64,000 bases of DNA from Sumerlaeia bacterium. GTDB taxonomy: Bacteria > Sumerlaeota > Sumerlaeia > SLMS01 > JAHLLQ01. Numbering within the stretch: position 1 is the stretch's first letter; every line of letters begins with the position of its first letter. The translations under genes were made by a program, and so were the position numbers. Shown piece by piece: positions 1 through 9,727 of this stretch. The notes below the pieces were generated by a model. It was not told the origin of the DNA and made no database searches. It saw only the letters and a list, made by a program, of their open reading frames with translations. The DNA lies in NCBI GenBank assembly GCA_040219255.1, contig JAVJSW010000077.1, positions 96,001 to 160,000 on the forward strand. Reading direction: 5' to 3'.

Positions 1-916
1 AGACCTGGCAGTGGCGCTCGGCCGGTTCGTCGAACGTCGAGGCGACCACCTCGCCCTTCACCGTGCGCTCCATATCGGTCACTTCTTCCGGCCATTCGTC
101 GATCAGAAGGACGATCAGGTAAACTTCCGGGTGATTGGTGGCGATAGCGTTGGCGATGTCTTGCAGGATAACGGTCTTGCCGCTGCGGGGCGGGGCCACG
201 ATGAGGGCGCGCTGACCCTTGCCGAGCGGGGTGAGCAAGTCCATGAAGCGCGTCGTTAGCTTCTTCTTGTCGGTTTCCAGGTGGATGCGCTCGTCCGGGT
301 AGAGAGGCGTGAGATTGTCGAACAGGATCTTCTGCTTGGCCACGGCGGGGTCTTCGCCGTTTACCGTTTCGACCTTCAGCAGGGCGAAGTATTTCTCGCC
401 TTCTTTCGGGGGCCGGACCGTGCCGGTGACGGTGTCGCCCTTGCGCAGGCCGAAGCGGCGGATCTGGCTCGGCGAGACGTAGATATCGTCGGGGCTGGGC
501 AGGTAATTGTAGGACGAGCTGCGCAGGAACCCATAGCCATCGCTGTGGATTTCCAGGGTGCCGTTGGCGAACATGCGGCCGTTGCGATGCGATTGGGCGC
601 GCAGGATTTGAAAAATCAGGTCCTGCTTGCGCTGGGCGGCGGCGTTTTCGACGCCGAATTCGGCGGCCATTTTGCTGAGTTCGAGGCTCGACAGCTTCTT
701 CAGATCGGCGACATCGATCGGCTCGACGCCGTCCGCCGCGGCTTCTTCTTCGAGCCGTTCGCGTTCCGCCATCTGTTCTGGCGTTTCGTCCTCCATCATG
801 CCGCTGCTCGAGGTTTTCGGGCGGCGCCGGCGGCGCACCTTCTTATCGAGTTCGGCTCCATTGGCACTGCCATTGGCGCTGGAAGTGGAGGTTTTCCTGC
901 GTCGCGTCGTCGTCAC
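1..916 (-). CDS. rho: transcription termination factor Rho (5' part; runs off the window start)
   Basis: Not in the ORF track. The reverse strand translates to [47 protein letters not shown]...[12 protein letters not shown], the Rho RNA-binding domain. GTG start at 916 with GAGAGGA upstream. Confidence 0.96.
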   Translation of the reverse strand, partial: MTTTRRRKTSTSSANGSANGAELDKKVRRRRRPKTSSSGMMEDETPEQMAERERLEEEAAADGVEPIDVADLKKLSSLELSKMAAEFGVENAAAQRKQDLIFQILRAQSHRNGRMFANGTLEIHSDGYGFLRSSSYNYLPSPDDIYVSPSQIRRFGLRKGDTVTGTVRPPKEGEKYFALLKVETVNGEDPAVAKQKILFDNLTPLYPDERIHLETDKKKLTTRFMDLLTPLGKGQRALIVAPPRSGKTVILQDIANAIATNHPEVYLIVLLIDEWPEEVTDMERTVKGEVVASTFDEPAERHCQV

Positions 917-1031
917 GGGTGATCGTTTCCTCTCGGATGGTCAGTGTTCGCGGCGCTCGCGAAGGCGGCGCGGCGGAACATCGGGTGTTGGTGATGGATG
1001 AGTTTCGGTTTTTGCGTGTGGGGGATTGGGG

Positions 1032-1634
1032 TTAGCGGGCCGCGGGCGGCGCGCCAGTCAGATGGTGATAGAGACGCTCGGCGGCGTCGCGGGTGCTTTG
1101 CTGCGAGTGTGAGTTGTCGATGAAGAAATCGGCCCGGCGCACCTTTTCCTCTTGGGGCATCTGCGTTTTCAGGCGGCTGGCGATGTCCTCGCGGGTCATG
1201 CCGCGGGAGGCTTCGAGGCGCCGGAAGCGCACTTCTTCATCAACGGTGACGACAAGCACCTTGTCGCACAAGTCCTCGGCTCCGGTTTCGAAAAGAAGTG
1301 GAATTTCGAGGATAATCAGTGGATGGTCCCGCCATCTCTCGACGAACTCTTCTTCGCGCTTGCGCACCCGGGGGTGGATGATGGCCTCGAGGGCTTGTCG
1401 GCGAAGGGGGTCCTGGAAAACGATTCGAGCGACGACCGCCCGGTCAAGCTCGCCTTTTGGGCCGATGACCGCGGGGCCGAATTCCGCCGCGATTTCCTGA
1501 AGAGCGGGTGATCCGGGGGCAACTACCTCTCGAGCAATCCGGTCCGCGCAAATTCGCTTCGCGCCGAACTCCTCCAGCAAGTCACCGACAAAAGTTTTCC
1601 CGCTTCCAATTGAGCCGGTCAAGCCGAGAATCAC
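1032..1634 (-). CDS. coaE: dephospho-CoA kinase
   Basis: ILGLTGSIGSGKT P-loop, LEAIIHPRV and EIPLLFE motifs; 200 aa. Confidence 0.95.
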   Translation of the reverse strand: MILGLTGSIGSGKTFVGDLLEEFGAKRICADRIAREVVAPGSPALQEIAAEFGPAVIGPKGELDRAVVARIVFQDPLRRQALEAIIHPRVRKREEEFVERWRDHPLIILEIPLLFETGAEDLCDKVLVVTVDEEVRFRRLEASRGMTREDIASRLKTQMPQEEKVRRADFFIDNSHSQQSTRDAAERLYHHLTGAPPAAR

Positions 1635-1655
1635 GCGTATCCTTCGTCCAGAATC

Positions 1656-1811
1656 AAATCACCACAGAGGCACAGAGATCACCGAGTCTTTATTATCATG
1701 TTTCTTCGCAGGATTGTCACCTGAATCTTTACCTCGGCAAGCTTGACGAAGCGTGACCCCAACTCATTGCTTCCCTTGCTCTCGGTGCCCTCTGTGACTC
1801 GGTGGTGATTT
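1656..1811. repeat. short element with 31-bp terminal inverted repeats built from CAC[A/C]GAG heptamers (MITE/REP-like), copy 1
   Basis: Left arm 1656-1686 aaatcaccacagaggcacagagatcaccgag; right arm 1781-1811 reverse-complements to aaatcaccaccgagtcacagagggcaccgag (4 mismatches). Confidence 0.8.
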
Positions 1812-2009
1812 TCATCCCCGCATAACTGACAGCAATCTCCGCGCCAGCGCGATTCCCGGTTGTCCGCCAAAGCGCCTTGGCCCCATGGAGGGGCAAGCAA
1901 GCCTGCGCGCGGCCGCCGCGAGGGCGCGATTCGCTCCCGCCGCAGACCGCCGCCGCAAGCCCAAATCTCCCGCCCCCGGCCTCCGCCGCCGAGAAAGGCC
2001 TCGCCTCCC

Positions 2010-2633
2010 GTGCCCCTGAAAGTCGCCGACCATCCGCTCATCACCCACAAACTGACCATCATCCGCGACAAAGACACGAGCGTCAAAAAGTTCCGCGAGA
2101 TCGTGGAAGAAATCACGCTCCTGCTCACCTACGAAGCTACCCGCGATCTGCCCCTCAGCGACGCGCTGATCGAAACGCCCCTGTGCCCGATGACGGGCCG
2201 GGTCGTCAAAGAACGCTTTGTCATCACGCCCATTCTGCGCGCCGGGCTCGGCATGCTGCACGGCATGATGAGCATCTTTCCCGTGGCCAAAGTCTCCCAC
2301 ATCGGCCTGGAGCGCGACGAAGAAACCGCCCTCCCCCGAACCTATTACTACAAGTCGCCGCCCGATCTGGCCGGCTCGCACGTCATCATCATCGACCCGA
2401 TGCTGGCCACCGGAGGCAGCCTCTCCGCCGCCGTGGACCTTATCAAGAGGGGTCAACCGTCCACCATCAAGTGCATCTGCCTGCTCGCCGCCCCGGAAGG
2501 CCGCGACCGCATGAATCGCGATCACCCGGACGTGGACGTGTACGTGGGGGCACTCGACGAGCGGCTGAACGAAAAAGCCTACATCGTCCCCGGCCTCGGC
2601 GACGCTGGCGACCGAATGTACGGGACGCTGTGA
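2010..2633 (+). CDS. upp: uracil phosphoribosyltransferase
   Basis: HPLITHKLTIIRD, PILRAGLGM, IIDPMLATGGS and YIVPGLGDAGDR motifs. Start moved to GTG 2010. Confidence 0.96.
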   Translation: MPLKVADHPLITHKLTIIRDKDTSVKKFREIVEEITLLLTYEATRDLPLSDALIETPLCPMTGRVVKERFVITPILRAGLGMLHGMMSIFPVAKVSHIGLERDEETALPRTYYYKSPPDLAGSHVIIIDPMLATGGSLSAAVDLIKRGQPSTIKCICLLAAPEGRDRMNRDHPDVDVYVGALDERLNEKAYIVPGLGDAGDRMYGTL

Positions 2634-5600
2634 TTCCGCGCTGAATCCAATTCGCCCAATAACGCATCCTCCAATGTCGCTTCCACCGTGATCGCCCTCG
2701 GATGAGGCGCTTCCGCGGCGATGACGCGCCAGCCCTCGCTGCCCGCCCTCGCGTAGCGGTAAAGCAGCCGCACGTCCGGACCGACGAGTTCCCGGGCGAG
2801 AGCGTCGGGGCCTTGGCCGTTGGCGGGGACTTCCCACACCTTCCGGCCCCAGAACGCGCGGAAGTCGGCGGTCGGCCCGGACCAGAGGAGGCGGCCGCCG
2901 CTGAGCACGCCGATGGCGTCGCAACGGTCTTCCAGGTCCTCGACGATGTGGGTCGAGAAAATGACCGTGCGGGTTCGCGCCAGACGGGCGAGCAACAGGC
3001 GCACTTTGACGCGTTCGAGCGGATCGAGGCCCGCCGTCGGTTCGTCCACGATGAGGATCGGCGGCGCGGAAAGCAGCACCCGGGCGATGCCCGCGCGCTG
3101 GCGCATGCCGCCGGAGAACTGGCCGATCCGCTTGTCCAGCACATGCTCCAGGTGGACTTCTTCGGCGGCGCGGGCGATGGCGGCGGCACGGCCCGGGACG
3201 GTTTGGAGGTTGTCGAGGGCGTGGAGGCGCTGGAGCAGCACCGGGTGCGCGTAAGGATCGGCGGCGGCGCGGCGGGCGGTGCGGGCGGAAATGGTGGCGA
3301 AATATTCCAGATACTCGCGCAGCGTCATCCAGTCGTAATGCCCATGGGTTTGCGGCAGGTAGCCGATGAGCGGCGCCAGGGCCTCTCCGGCCTCGCGCTG
3401 CGCGAAGTCAAAGACACGGACAGTTCCCCGGGCCGGTTCCTGAAGCCCCGCGATGCAGCGCATCAGCGTGGTCTTGCCCGCGCCGTTCGGGCCCAGAAGC
3501 CCGAAGAGACCGGGCCGGATTTCGAGGCTGACCTGGCTGAGGGCGGCGGTGCCCTCCAGCGGCCGATGGCCCAGCGGATAGCCTCCGGTGGGCAGTAGGC
3601 GCTTGAGGTGCGCCAGCGCGCCCGGAGCGAAGGTGACGTGCAGATTCTGAACGACGATGGCGGGCGAGGCGGGGTCCTGCGGGACTGGGGCCGGGGAGGC
3701 TGAGAGCGCCGCCGCGGGCTTGGGCCGCCGCACCGCGAACAGCACATCACCGACCACGGCCCTCCCCACTCGCCATCCGAACCGCGAGCGCCAAAGGCCG
3801 AGCACCAAACCCTTGGGCAGGCCCCAGACGATGCCCTTGACGACTCCCCACCACGTCCGGCCCCGCGTCAGCGTCCGGCCGTAGGGCGCCGCCCACTCCA
3901 CAAAGTCGTCGCCAATCAGGTAAAAGCACGGCAGCGCGATCAGCGTCAGGAACGTCGCCGAAGTCAACCCGCCAACGACCGTCACCGCGACGGGGCGCCA
4001 GATCGAGTCCTCGTCGCCGGTCAGCGCCATCGGCATCAGGCCGAGGAATGTCGTCAGGAACGTCATCAAAATAGGGCGCAGGCGTTGGTCGCTGGCCTGG
4101 AACACGGCCCTGATGCGGCCCCAGCCTTTATCGCGCCGATACCGCAACGCGGTATCCAACAGTACGATGCCATTGTTCACGATGACGCCAATGAGCAGCA
4201 GGACACCGAAAGCCGCCATTTCGTTGAAGGGAAGCTTGGTGATCGCCAGCGCCGCCACGATTCCCAGCATCGCCAGCGGCGTTGTCGCGACGATCACCAG
4301 CGGTACCCACCAGGACTCGAAGGTCGCCGCCATGACCACGAAAATCAGCAGGATGGAAACCTGGAGGCAGAACATGAAGTCTTTCTGCTGCTGATCGAGG
4401 GTTTGCTGGGCGCCGCCGATTTCCGTGACGACGCCGCCGGGATTGGGCAGCGCGGCGAGGAGCTTCTTCACCTGCTCCAGAATCGCCCCCTGATCCGCGC
4501 CGGGGACCCAGAAGTATTCGATGCTCAGGCTGCTTTGCCGGTCCTTGCGATAGATGCGGCCGGGCATTTGGGCGGTGCGGAACGTGGCCAGTTCGCCAAA
4601 GGAAACGGTCGAGCCATTGGGGGCGTAGATCGCCAGGTCGCGGACTTCGTCGGCGTTCTTGCCCTGGGCGTCGGCGAGGCTGATGGTCACGTCGGTGCGG
4701 TCCTCGCCATCACGCAGCGTCAGCGAGGAAATCGTTCCGGACGCGCGGGTGGCGTTGACGTAGTAGGACAAAATCTGCGGCGTCAGGTTGAACAGCCGGG
4801 CTTTCTCGCGGTCGATCAGAGCGTGGTATTCGTTGTCCGTGTCGAAGCGTTCGACTTGGGCCCGGGTAATGGCCGGGATGGTGGTCAGGGCGTCGATCAG
4901 GCGCTGGGCGTAAACTTCGATCACGTCGAAGTCCAAGCCCTTCAGCACCAGAACGCCCTTCTCTCCCCCGCCGAGAACGTCCGGCGCCTGGGGGCGGTCA
5001 GGCGATTCCAGGGCCGCCTCGCCGCCGGGCACGGGGCCAATGAAATCGACGATGTTGGCGCGGATTTCTTCCAGACCCTTTTCGCTCGGGCGCTCGTCGC
5101 GCTCCTTGAGTTCCACATCGAATCGCGCCGAATCGCCGCGGAACCACACGCTGATGTTCTCGATATCCTCGTGCTCGAGGAGCTTGTCCTCGACAAACGC
5201 CACGACGCCGCTGGCCTCCGCCGTCAGGGTCCCAGGCGGCAGAATCAGGAACACGTTGAAGACATCGCGGCCCGCGTTGCGATTGCTGGTCTCTTCGCGG
5301 ATGATGCCGCTCGATTCCATGAAAACGAAAATCGTGAAGAGCACGATGCCAACGCTGACGGCACCGCGATGGCGCAGGCAGCCCTTGAGCACGAACCGGT
5401 AGGTCTCGCGCATGTAGTCGCGTTTGGGGGCGATCTTCAGCGTCGATTGGCGCCGGCCCTTGCGTTCGTAGCTCTTCAGCGCTTTGCCCGTCAGCATCGC
5501 CGACAGCGTCAGCGCCACGCCCAGCGACACGATCAGCGGGAAGATGAAAGCGAAAGCGGGCTCGCGCACGATGGCTTTGAAATCGCCCTCGATAAAGCTG

Positions 5601-6943
5601 AAGGGCACGAAAAAGACGATGGTGGTCAGCGTCGAAGCGAAGAGCGCCCGGCCGATTTCCGTGCCGCCCTCGGCCGCCGCGTCCTCGGCGGACATCCCCC
5701 GGCTGAAGTAAAGCCGGTAGCAGTTCTCGACCACCACGATGGAGTTGTCCACCAGCATCCCCACCGCCAGCGCCAGCCCCACGATGGAGAAGATGTTGAT
5801 GCTCATGTCGGCGGCGTAGAACAGGTTGAACACCGCGATGATCGAGATGGGAACGCTGACGAAAATAATCGCCGCGATTCGCGCCGAGTGGAAGAACAGC
5901 AGCGGCACCAGCAGCGACAGCAACGCTCCGATCAGCGCCAGGTCGCGCACTTCGTTGATGCCCTTGAGAACCTGCTCGGCGGCGTCGAAGTTGACCTTGA
6001 TCTGGACGCCGGTGGGCAGGGACTCGTTGATTTCATCGAGCCGTTCGCGGACTTTGCGCGACATCGCGACCAGGTTCTCGCCCTCTTCCTGGTCCACGCG
6101 GATGCCGATGGCGTAGTTGCCGTTGCGCCGGTAAACCCACGAATCGAGCGACTCCCCCTCAGCGATGCGGGCAACGTCGTCCAGGCGGATGGCGCCTTCC
6201 TTACCGACGGACAAATCCGCCAGTTCGTCCATGGTCTTCACCGCCGGCTCGAGGCGCACGTAGTGCCGTTCCTCGGGCACCTCCAGCGACCCGAGATAGG
6301 TATCTTCCGTCGCCGCCGACTGAATTCTGCTGAAGACCTGCTCGAATTCCAGGCCATAGCCACCCAGCAACGCCGGCACGATTTCCACGTCGGCGGCGGG
6401 ATTGGTGAGTCCGCCGACTTCGACCTTGGCGACGCCACTGATGGCTTTCAGGGCCGGCTCCACCTTGTCTCGGGTCACGTCCTGGATCAGCTCGTCGCTC
6501 GGGCCTTCGACGGCGACCTCCATCAGAAGGTTGACAATTTCGTTGGTGCTGAAGGGAAAAATCTCGATGACGGTGCGGCGGTCTTCCAGTTCCTGCTGGA
6601 ACGAAATCAGCCGCTCCTGCAGGTCCAGCGTCGTCATCCGCAGGTCGGCGTCCTGCTCCAGCTCGACCCGGATCCAGGTGCCCCAGCCGCCGGTCCACGA
6701 CTGCATCGATTTGACCCGCGGGACTTCGGAGATGATGCCCTCCACGGGGCGCGTCAGGGCCTGCAGGACCTCGTTGGCGCTGGCATCCGGCTTGTTCATG
6801 TAGACGCCCAGGGCCGGGACGCTGATGTTGGGGACGAGTTGGAGGGGGAGTTGGCGGTAGGACACGACGCCAAGCACCACGATGGCCAGGAAGACCATGA
6901 GGGTCGTTACCGGACGGCGGACGGATGTGGCGGAGAAAGTCAA
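2579..6943 (-). CDS. AcrB/AcrD/AcrF-family RND permease fused to a C-terminal ABC ATP-binding domain
   Basis: RND: RRPVTTLMVF start, GMLVDNSIVVVEN, FASTLTTIVFFVP, GVIVNNGIVLLD, RLRPILMT. ABC: GPNGAGKT, YLPQ, FSGGMRQR, ILIVDEP, STH. One open frame. Start moved to TTG 6943. Confidence 0.92.
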   Translation of the reverse strand: MTFSATSVRRPVTTLMVFLAIVVLGVVSYRQLPLQLVPNISVPALGVYMNKPDASANEVLQALTRPVEGIISEVPRVKSMQSWTGGWGTWIRVELEQDADLRMTTLDLQERLISFQQELEDRRTVIEIFPFSTNEIVNLLMEVAVEGPSDELIQDVTRDKVEPALKAISGVAKVEVGGLTNPAADVEIVPALLGGYGLEFEQVFSRIQSAATEDTYLGSLEVPEERHYVRLEPAVKTMDELADLSVGKEGAIRLDDVARIAEGESLDSWVYRRNGNYAIGIRVDQEEGENLVAMSRKVRERLDEINESLPTGVQIKVNFDAAEQVLKGINEVRDLALIGALLSLLVPLLFFHSARIAAIIFVSVPISIIAVFNLFYAADMSINIFSIVGLALAVGMLVDNSIVVVENCYRLYFSRGMSAEDAAAEGGTEIGRALFASTLTTIVFFVPFSFIEGDFKAIVREPAFAFIFPLIVSLGVALTLSAMLTGKALKSYERKGRRQSTLKIAPKRDYMRETYRFVLKGCLRHRGAVSVGIVLFTIFVFMESSGIIREETSNRNAGRDVFNVFLILPPGTLTAEASGVVAFVEDKLLEHEDIENISVWFRGDSARFDVELKERDERPSEKGLEEIRANIVDFIGPVPGGEAALESPDRPQAPDVLGGGEKGVLVLKGLDFDVIEVYAQRLIDALTTIPAITRAQVERFDTDNEYHALIDREKARLFNLTPQILSYYVNATRASGTISSLTLRDGEDRTDVTISLADAQGKNADEVRDLAIYAPNGSTVSFGELATFRTAQMPGRIYRKDRQSSLSIEYFWVPGADQGAILEQVKKLLAALPNPGGVVTEIGGAQQTLDQQQKDFMFCLQVSILLIFVVMAATFESWWVPLVIVATTPLAMLGIVAALAITKLPFNEMAAFGVLLLIGVIVNNGIVLLDTALRYRRDKGWGRIRAVFQASDQRLRPILMTFLTTFLGLMPMALTGDEDSIWRPVAVTVVGGLTSATFLTLIALPCFYLIGDDFVEWAAPYGRTLTRGRTWWGVVKGIVWGLPKGLVLGLWRSRFGWRVGRAVVGDVLFAVRRPKPAAALSASPAPVPQDPASPAIVVQNLHVTFAPGALAHLKRLLPTGGYPLGHRPLEGTAALSQVSLEIRPGLFGLLGPNGAGKTTLMRCIAGLQEPARGTVRVFDFAQREAGEALAPLIGYLPQTHGHYDWMTLREYLEYFATISARTARRAAADPYAHPVLLQRLHALDNLQTVPGRAAAIARAAEEVHLEHVLDKRIGQFSGGMRQRAGIARVLLSAPPILIVDEPTAGLDPLERVKVRLLLARLARTRTVIFSTHIVEDLEDRCDAIGVLSGGRLLWSGPTADFRAFWGRKVWEVPANGQGPDALARELVGPDVRLLYRYARAGSEGWRVIAAEAPHPRAITVEATLEDALLGELDSARNHSVPYIRSPASPRPGTM

Positions 6944-7070
6944 GGCGGAGAAGCTCTCGAGGACGGCGCGGAAGGCATCGGCTCGGCGGGCGAGCCGGCG
7001 CCGCCAAAGGATGGTGAAGGTAAAGAAGCGAAAGAAAGATTCGTCAAGGCCATTCGCCCGATTTCCGCCC

Positions 7071-7097
7071 TTGACAAGGCGGCGCCCTTTGCACAAT
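7071..7097 (+). promoter_or_regulatory. candidate sigma70-type promoter for rplM-rpsI
   Basis: Perfect TTGACA at 7071 followed by CACAAT at 7092. The 15-bp spacing is suboptimal. Confidence 0.3.
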
Positions 7098-7319
7098 CTC
7101 CCGTCCCTCTTGCGGGACGCCGGCTCGCCGCGTGCGGTAGAGTATGGCCCACGGCACCTTCTCCGATCCGACCCGTTACACCTGATCGAGATTGGCCGCC
7201 CACTGAGCAGACGAGCCGACGGCAAGAGACTGGCGCTGACACCGAATTTTCCGGGCCTTGGTGAGGGACCGGGGACTTCCAGCCCAATACCAATTCAACC
7301 AGTACACGGATAGACGAGC

Positions 7320-7787
7320 ATGAAAGCCCAATCGTCAACGCTGCCGCGCATCGCGGATATGAAAGAAAAGTGGTACCTGGTGGACGCCGAAGGCGAGGTG
7401 GTCGGACGCGTGGCGTCCCGGGTCGCCAAGCTGCTCCGCGGCAAGCTCGAGCCCACCTACACTCCGCACATCAACCCCCAGGTCCACGTCGTCGTCATCA
7501 ACGCCGACAAGGCAGTCTTCACCGGCCGCAAGACCCAGGACAAGGTGTACTACCATCACTCCGGTTACCGCACCGGCATCAAAGCCATCACCGCCGAAAA
7601 GCTGTTCATCAAGTGCCCGGAAGATGTGATCCGCAATGCCGTTCACGGCATGTTGCCGAAGAATGCCCTTGGCCGGGTTTTGAATAAGAACATGAGGGTC
7701 TACGCCGGTGCCGAGCATCCGCACGACGCTCAACAGCCCCAAGCCCTCAAATTCGCCACCCGCAAGCCCAAACGCAGCGACGACTAA
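7320..7787 (+). CDS. rplM: 50S ribosomal protein L13
   Basis: KWYLVDAEG, GRVASRVAKLLRGK, YYHHSGY, GMLPKN, HPHDAQQP. Confidence 0.98.
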   Translation: MKAQSSTLPRIADMKEKWYLVDAEGEVVGRVASRVAKLLRGKLEPTYTPHINPQVHVVVINADKAVFTGRKTQDKVYYHHSGYRTGIKAITAEKLFIKCPEDVIRNAVHGMLPKNALGRVLNKNMRVYAGAEHPHDAQQPQALKFATRKPKRSDD

Positions 7788-7826
7788 TCATCGGCCCCGC
7801 TCACAGAGAGGAACGACTCAGCACTC

Positions 7827-8225
7827 ATGGCTCAATTGGAACAGTATCTCGGAACGGGACGCCGCAAGGAAGCGGTGGCTCGCGTTTACCTTCGCCCCGG
7901 CAAGGGCAAAATCGTCATCAATGGCGACGACTTCAAGAAGTACATCGGTAACCGCCCCCGTCTGGAAGCCGCCATTCGCGGCCCCTTGAAAGACGGCCAG
8001 GCCCTCACCAAGTACGACGTGATCGTCAACGTCAACGGCGGCGGCATCGCCGGCCAGGCAGGCGCCATACGCATGGGCATCGCCCGTGCCCTGGTCGCCG
8101 CCACCCCGACCCTGCGCCCCGCTATCAAGGAGAAGGGTCACCTGACCCGCGACCCGCGTACCGTGGAGCGCAAGAAGTACGGCCTCCACAAGGCGCGCAA
8201 GGCTTCCCAGTTCTCCAAGCGCTAA
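7827..8225 (+). CDS. rpsI: 30S ribosomal protein S9
   Basis: GTGRRKEAVARV, GGGIAGQAGAIR, LTRDPR, ERKKYGLHKARKASQFSKR. Confidence 0.98.
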   Translation: MAQLEQYLGTGRRKEAVARVYLRPGKGKIVINGDDFKKYIGNRPRLEAAIRGPLKDGQALTKYDVIVNVNGGGIAGQAGAIRMGIARALVAATPTLRPAIKEKGHLTRDPRTVERKKYGLHKARKASQFSKR

Positions 8226-8275
8226 TCCGCCCGCCGGCCAGCGGCCCCAACCCGGAACCCTGGCCCCTCGGTTAT

Positions 8276-8323
8276 GACGTCCCTCCCGCGCCGCTTCGGC
8301 CCTGCGGGAGGGCGTTTTCGTTT
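8276..8323 (+). terminator. intrinsic terminator after rpsI
   Basis: GC stem acgtccctcccgc / gcgggagggcgt followed by tttcgttt. Confidence 0.7.
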
Positions 8324-8359
8324 GCCGCCCAACCCCTTTCCCGCTCTATCCATCGCGCC

Positions 8360-9727
8360 ATGATTCGGAACCTGACCCTCCGCGACTTCTACCGCCCCGT
8401 CGATGTGGCCTCGCTGGCCTTCTGGCGCATCGCCTTCGGCCTGCTGATGGCCTGGGACATGGTCAAGGTCCTCCAGTTCGAGGAAATCCGCATCTATTAC
8501 GCGGAAGCCGAGTACCACTTCAGTTACAACTTCTTCACCTGGGTGCGCCCCTTGCCCGAACCCTGGACCACGATCCTCCATATCGTCGTGGGGATTTTTG
8601 GAATCCTGGTGGCTCTCGGTCTTTTCTACCGCTTCGCCGCCGCAGGACTGTGTCTTACGTACACTTATACTTTCCTGATGGAGAAGTGCAACTACAACAA
8701 TCACTACTATCTGATGTGCCTGCTGGCGGGGTTGATGATTCTGATTCCCGCGCACCGCGCCTGGAGCCTGGACCGCATCCTCTTCAAAGACAAGCGGCCA
8801 GAGACCGCGCCGGTCTGGGGCGTGTGGCTGCTGCGTTTTCAACTTGGGCTCGTGTACTTCTACGCCGCCATCGCCAAGATCAACTACGACTGGATGGTGC
8901 GGGCCGAGCCGATCAGCCGATGGCTTTCCTCACGCTCCGACCGTCCTTTCATCGGGCCTGTCATGGCATGGGAACCGATCGGACCGTTATTCGCCTACAG
9001 TGGTTTCCTCTTCGACCTGCTGATCGCGCCGGCCCTGCTGTGGAAGCCAACCCGCAAGTACGCCTTCATCGCCGCCGCCCTCTTTCACGGAACCAACAGT
9101 ATCGTCTTCGACATCGGCATTTTCCCCGCGCTGGCGCTGGCGGCGACGTCGATCTTTTTCGAGCCCGATTGGCCAAGGCGGGTCTGGGGAACTTTAACCC
9201 GCCAATTCATCCCCCGCGTTCCCGAGGAGCGGCCGCCGGACCGCCTTCTGGGCCGTCAGAAAGCCCTCCTGGCCTTCCTCGCGTTCTATTGTCTGCTGCA
9301 AGCCCTCATTCCCTTCCGCCACCACCTCTACCCGGGCGATGTGGCCTGGACCGAAGAGGGGCATCAATGGTCCTGGCGCATGAAGCTTCGCAGCAAAGAC
9401 GCCCTCGTGCGTTATTTCGTCACGGATCCGGCCACCGGCTTGACCTGGGTGGCCGATGTGCAGGACCATTTCACTGCCCAGCAAATCCGCAATCACTCCA
9501 AAGACCCGGACATGCTGATTCAAATGGGACACTTCATCGCTGATATCTACCGGCGCCGGGAAGGCATCGAAAACCTCGAAGTCCGCGCCGAGGCCAACCT
9601 CCGCCTGAACTATGGCACAACCGGCCTTCTCGTGGATCCGGACGTCGATCTGGCGGCCCAGCGCCTCGGCCTCCTGCCCAAGCCTTGGATCCTGGAACGG
9701 CCGCCCCGGGAACCTCCAAACCGGTAG
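8360..9727 (+). CDS. HTTM-domain membrane protein, vitamin K-dependent gamma-carboxylase-like
   Basis: SLAFWRIAFG, NYNNHYYL, YFYAAIAKINYDW, FDIGIFP and WTEEGHQWSWRMKLRSK motifs. Confidence 0.9.
   Translation: MIRNLTLRDFYRPVDVASLAFWRIAFGLLMAWDMVKVLQFEEIRIYYAEAEYHFSYNFFTWVRPLPEPWTTILHIVVGIFGILVALGLFYRFAAAGLCLTYTYTFLMEKCNYNNHYYLMCLLAGLMILIPAHRAWSLDRILFKDKRPETAPVWGVWLLRFQLGLVYFYAAIAKINYDWMVRAEPISRWLSSRSDRPFIGPVMAWEPIGPLFAYSGFLFDLLIAPALLWKPTRKYAFIAAALFHGTNSIVFDIGIFPALALAATSIFFEPDWPRRVWGTLTRQFIPRVPEERPPDRLLGRQKALLAFLAFYCLLQALIPFRHHLYPGDVAWTEEGHQWSWRMKLRSKDALVRYFVTDPATGLTWVADVQDHFTAQQIRNHSKDPDMLIQMGHFIADIYRRREGIENLEVRAEANLRLNYGTTGLLVDPDVDLAAQRLGLLPKPWILERPPREPPNR

Noticed and set aside
730-916. N-terminal extension of Rho
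   Set aside because: Charged N-terminal extensions are common in Rho proteins from many phyla.
11-922. Plus-strand ORFs 11..259 and 281..922
   Set aside because: Antisense shadows of rho, which the ORF track missed because it runs off the window.
4085-7264. 1059-aa plus-strand ORF
   Set aside because: Antisense shadow of the RND gene caused by high GC3; no recognisable motifs.
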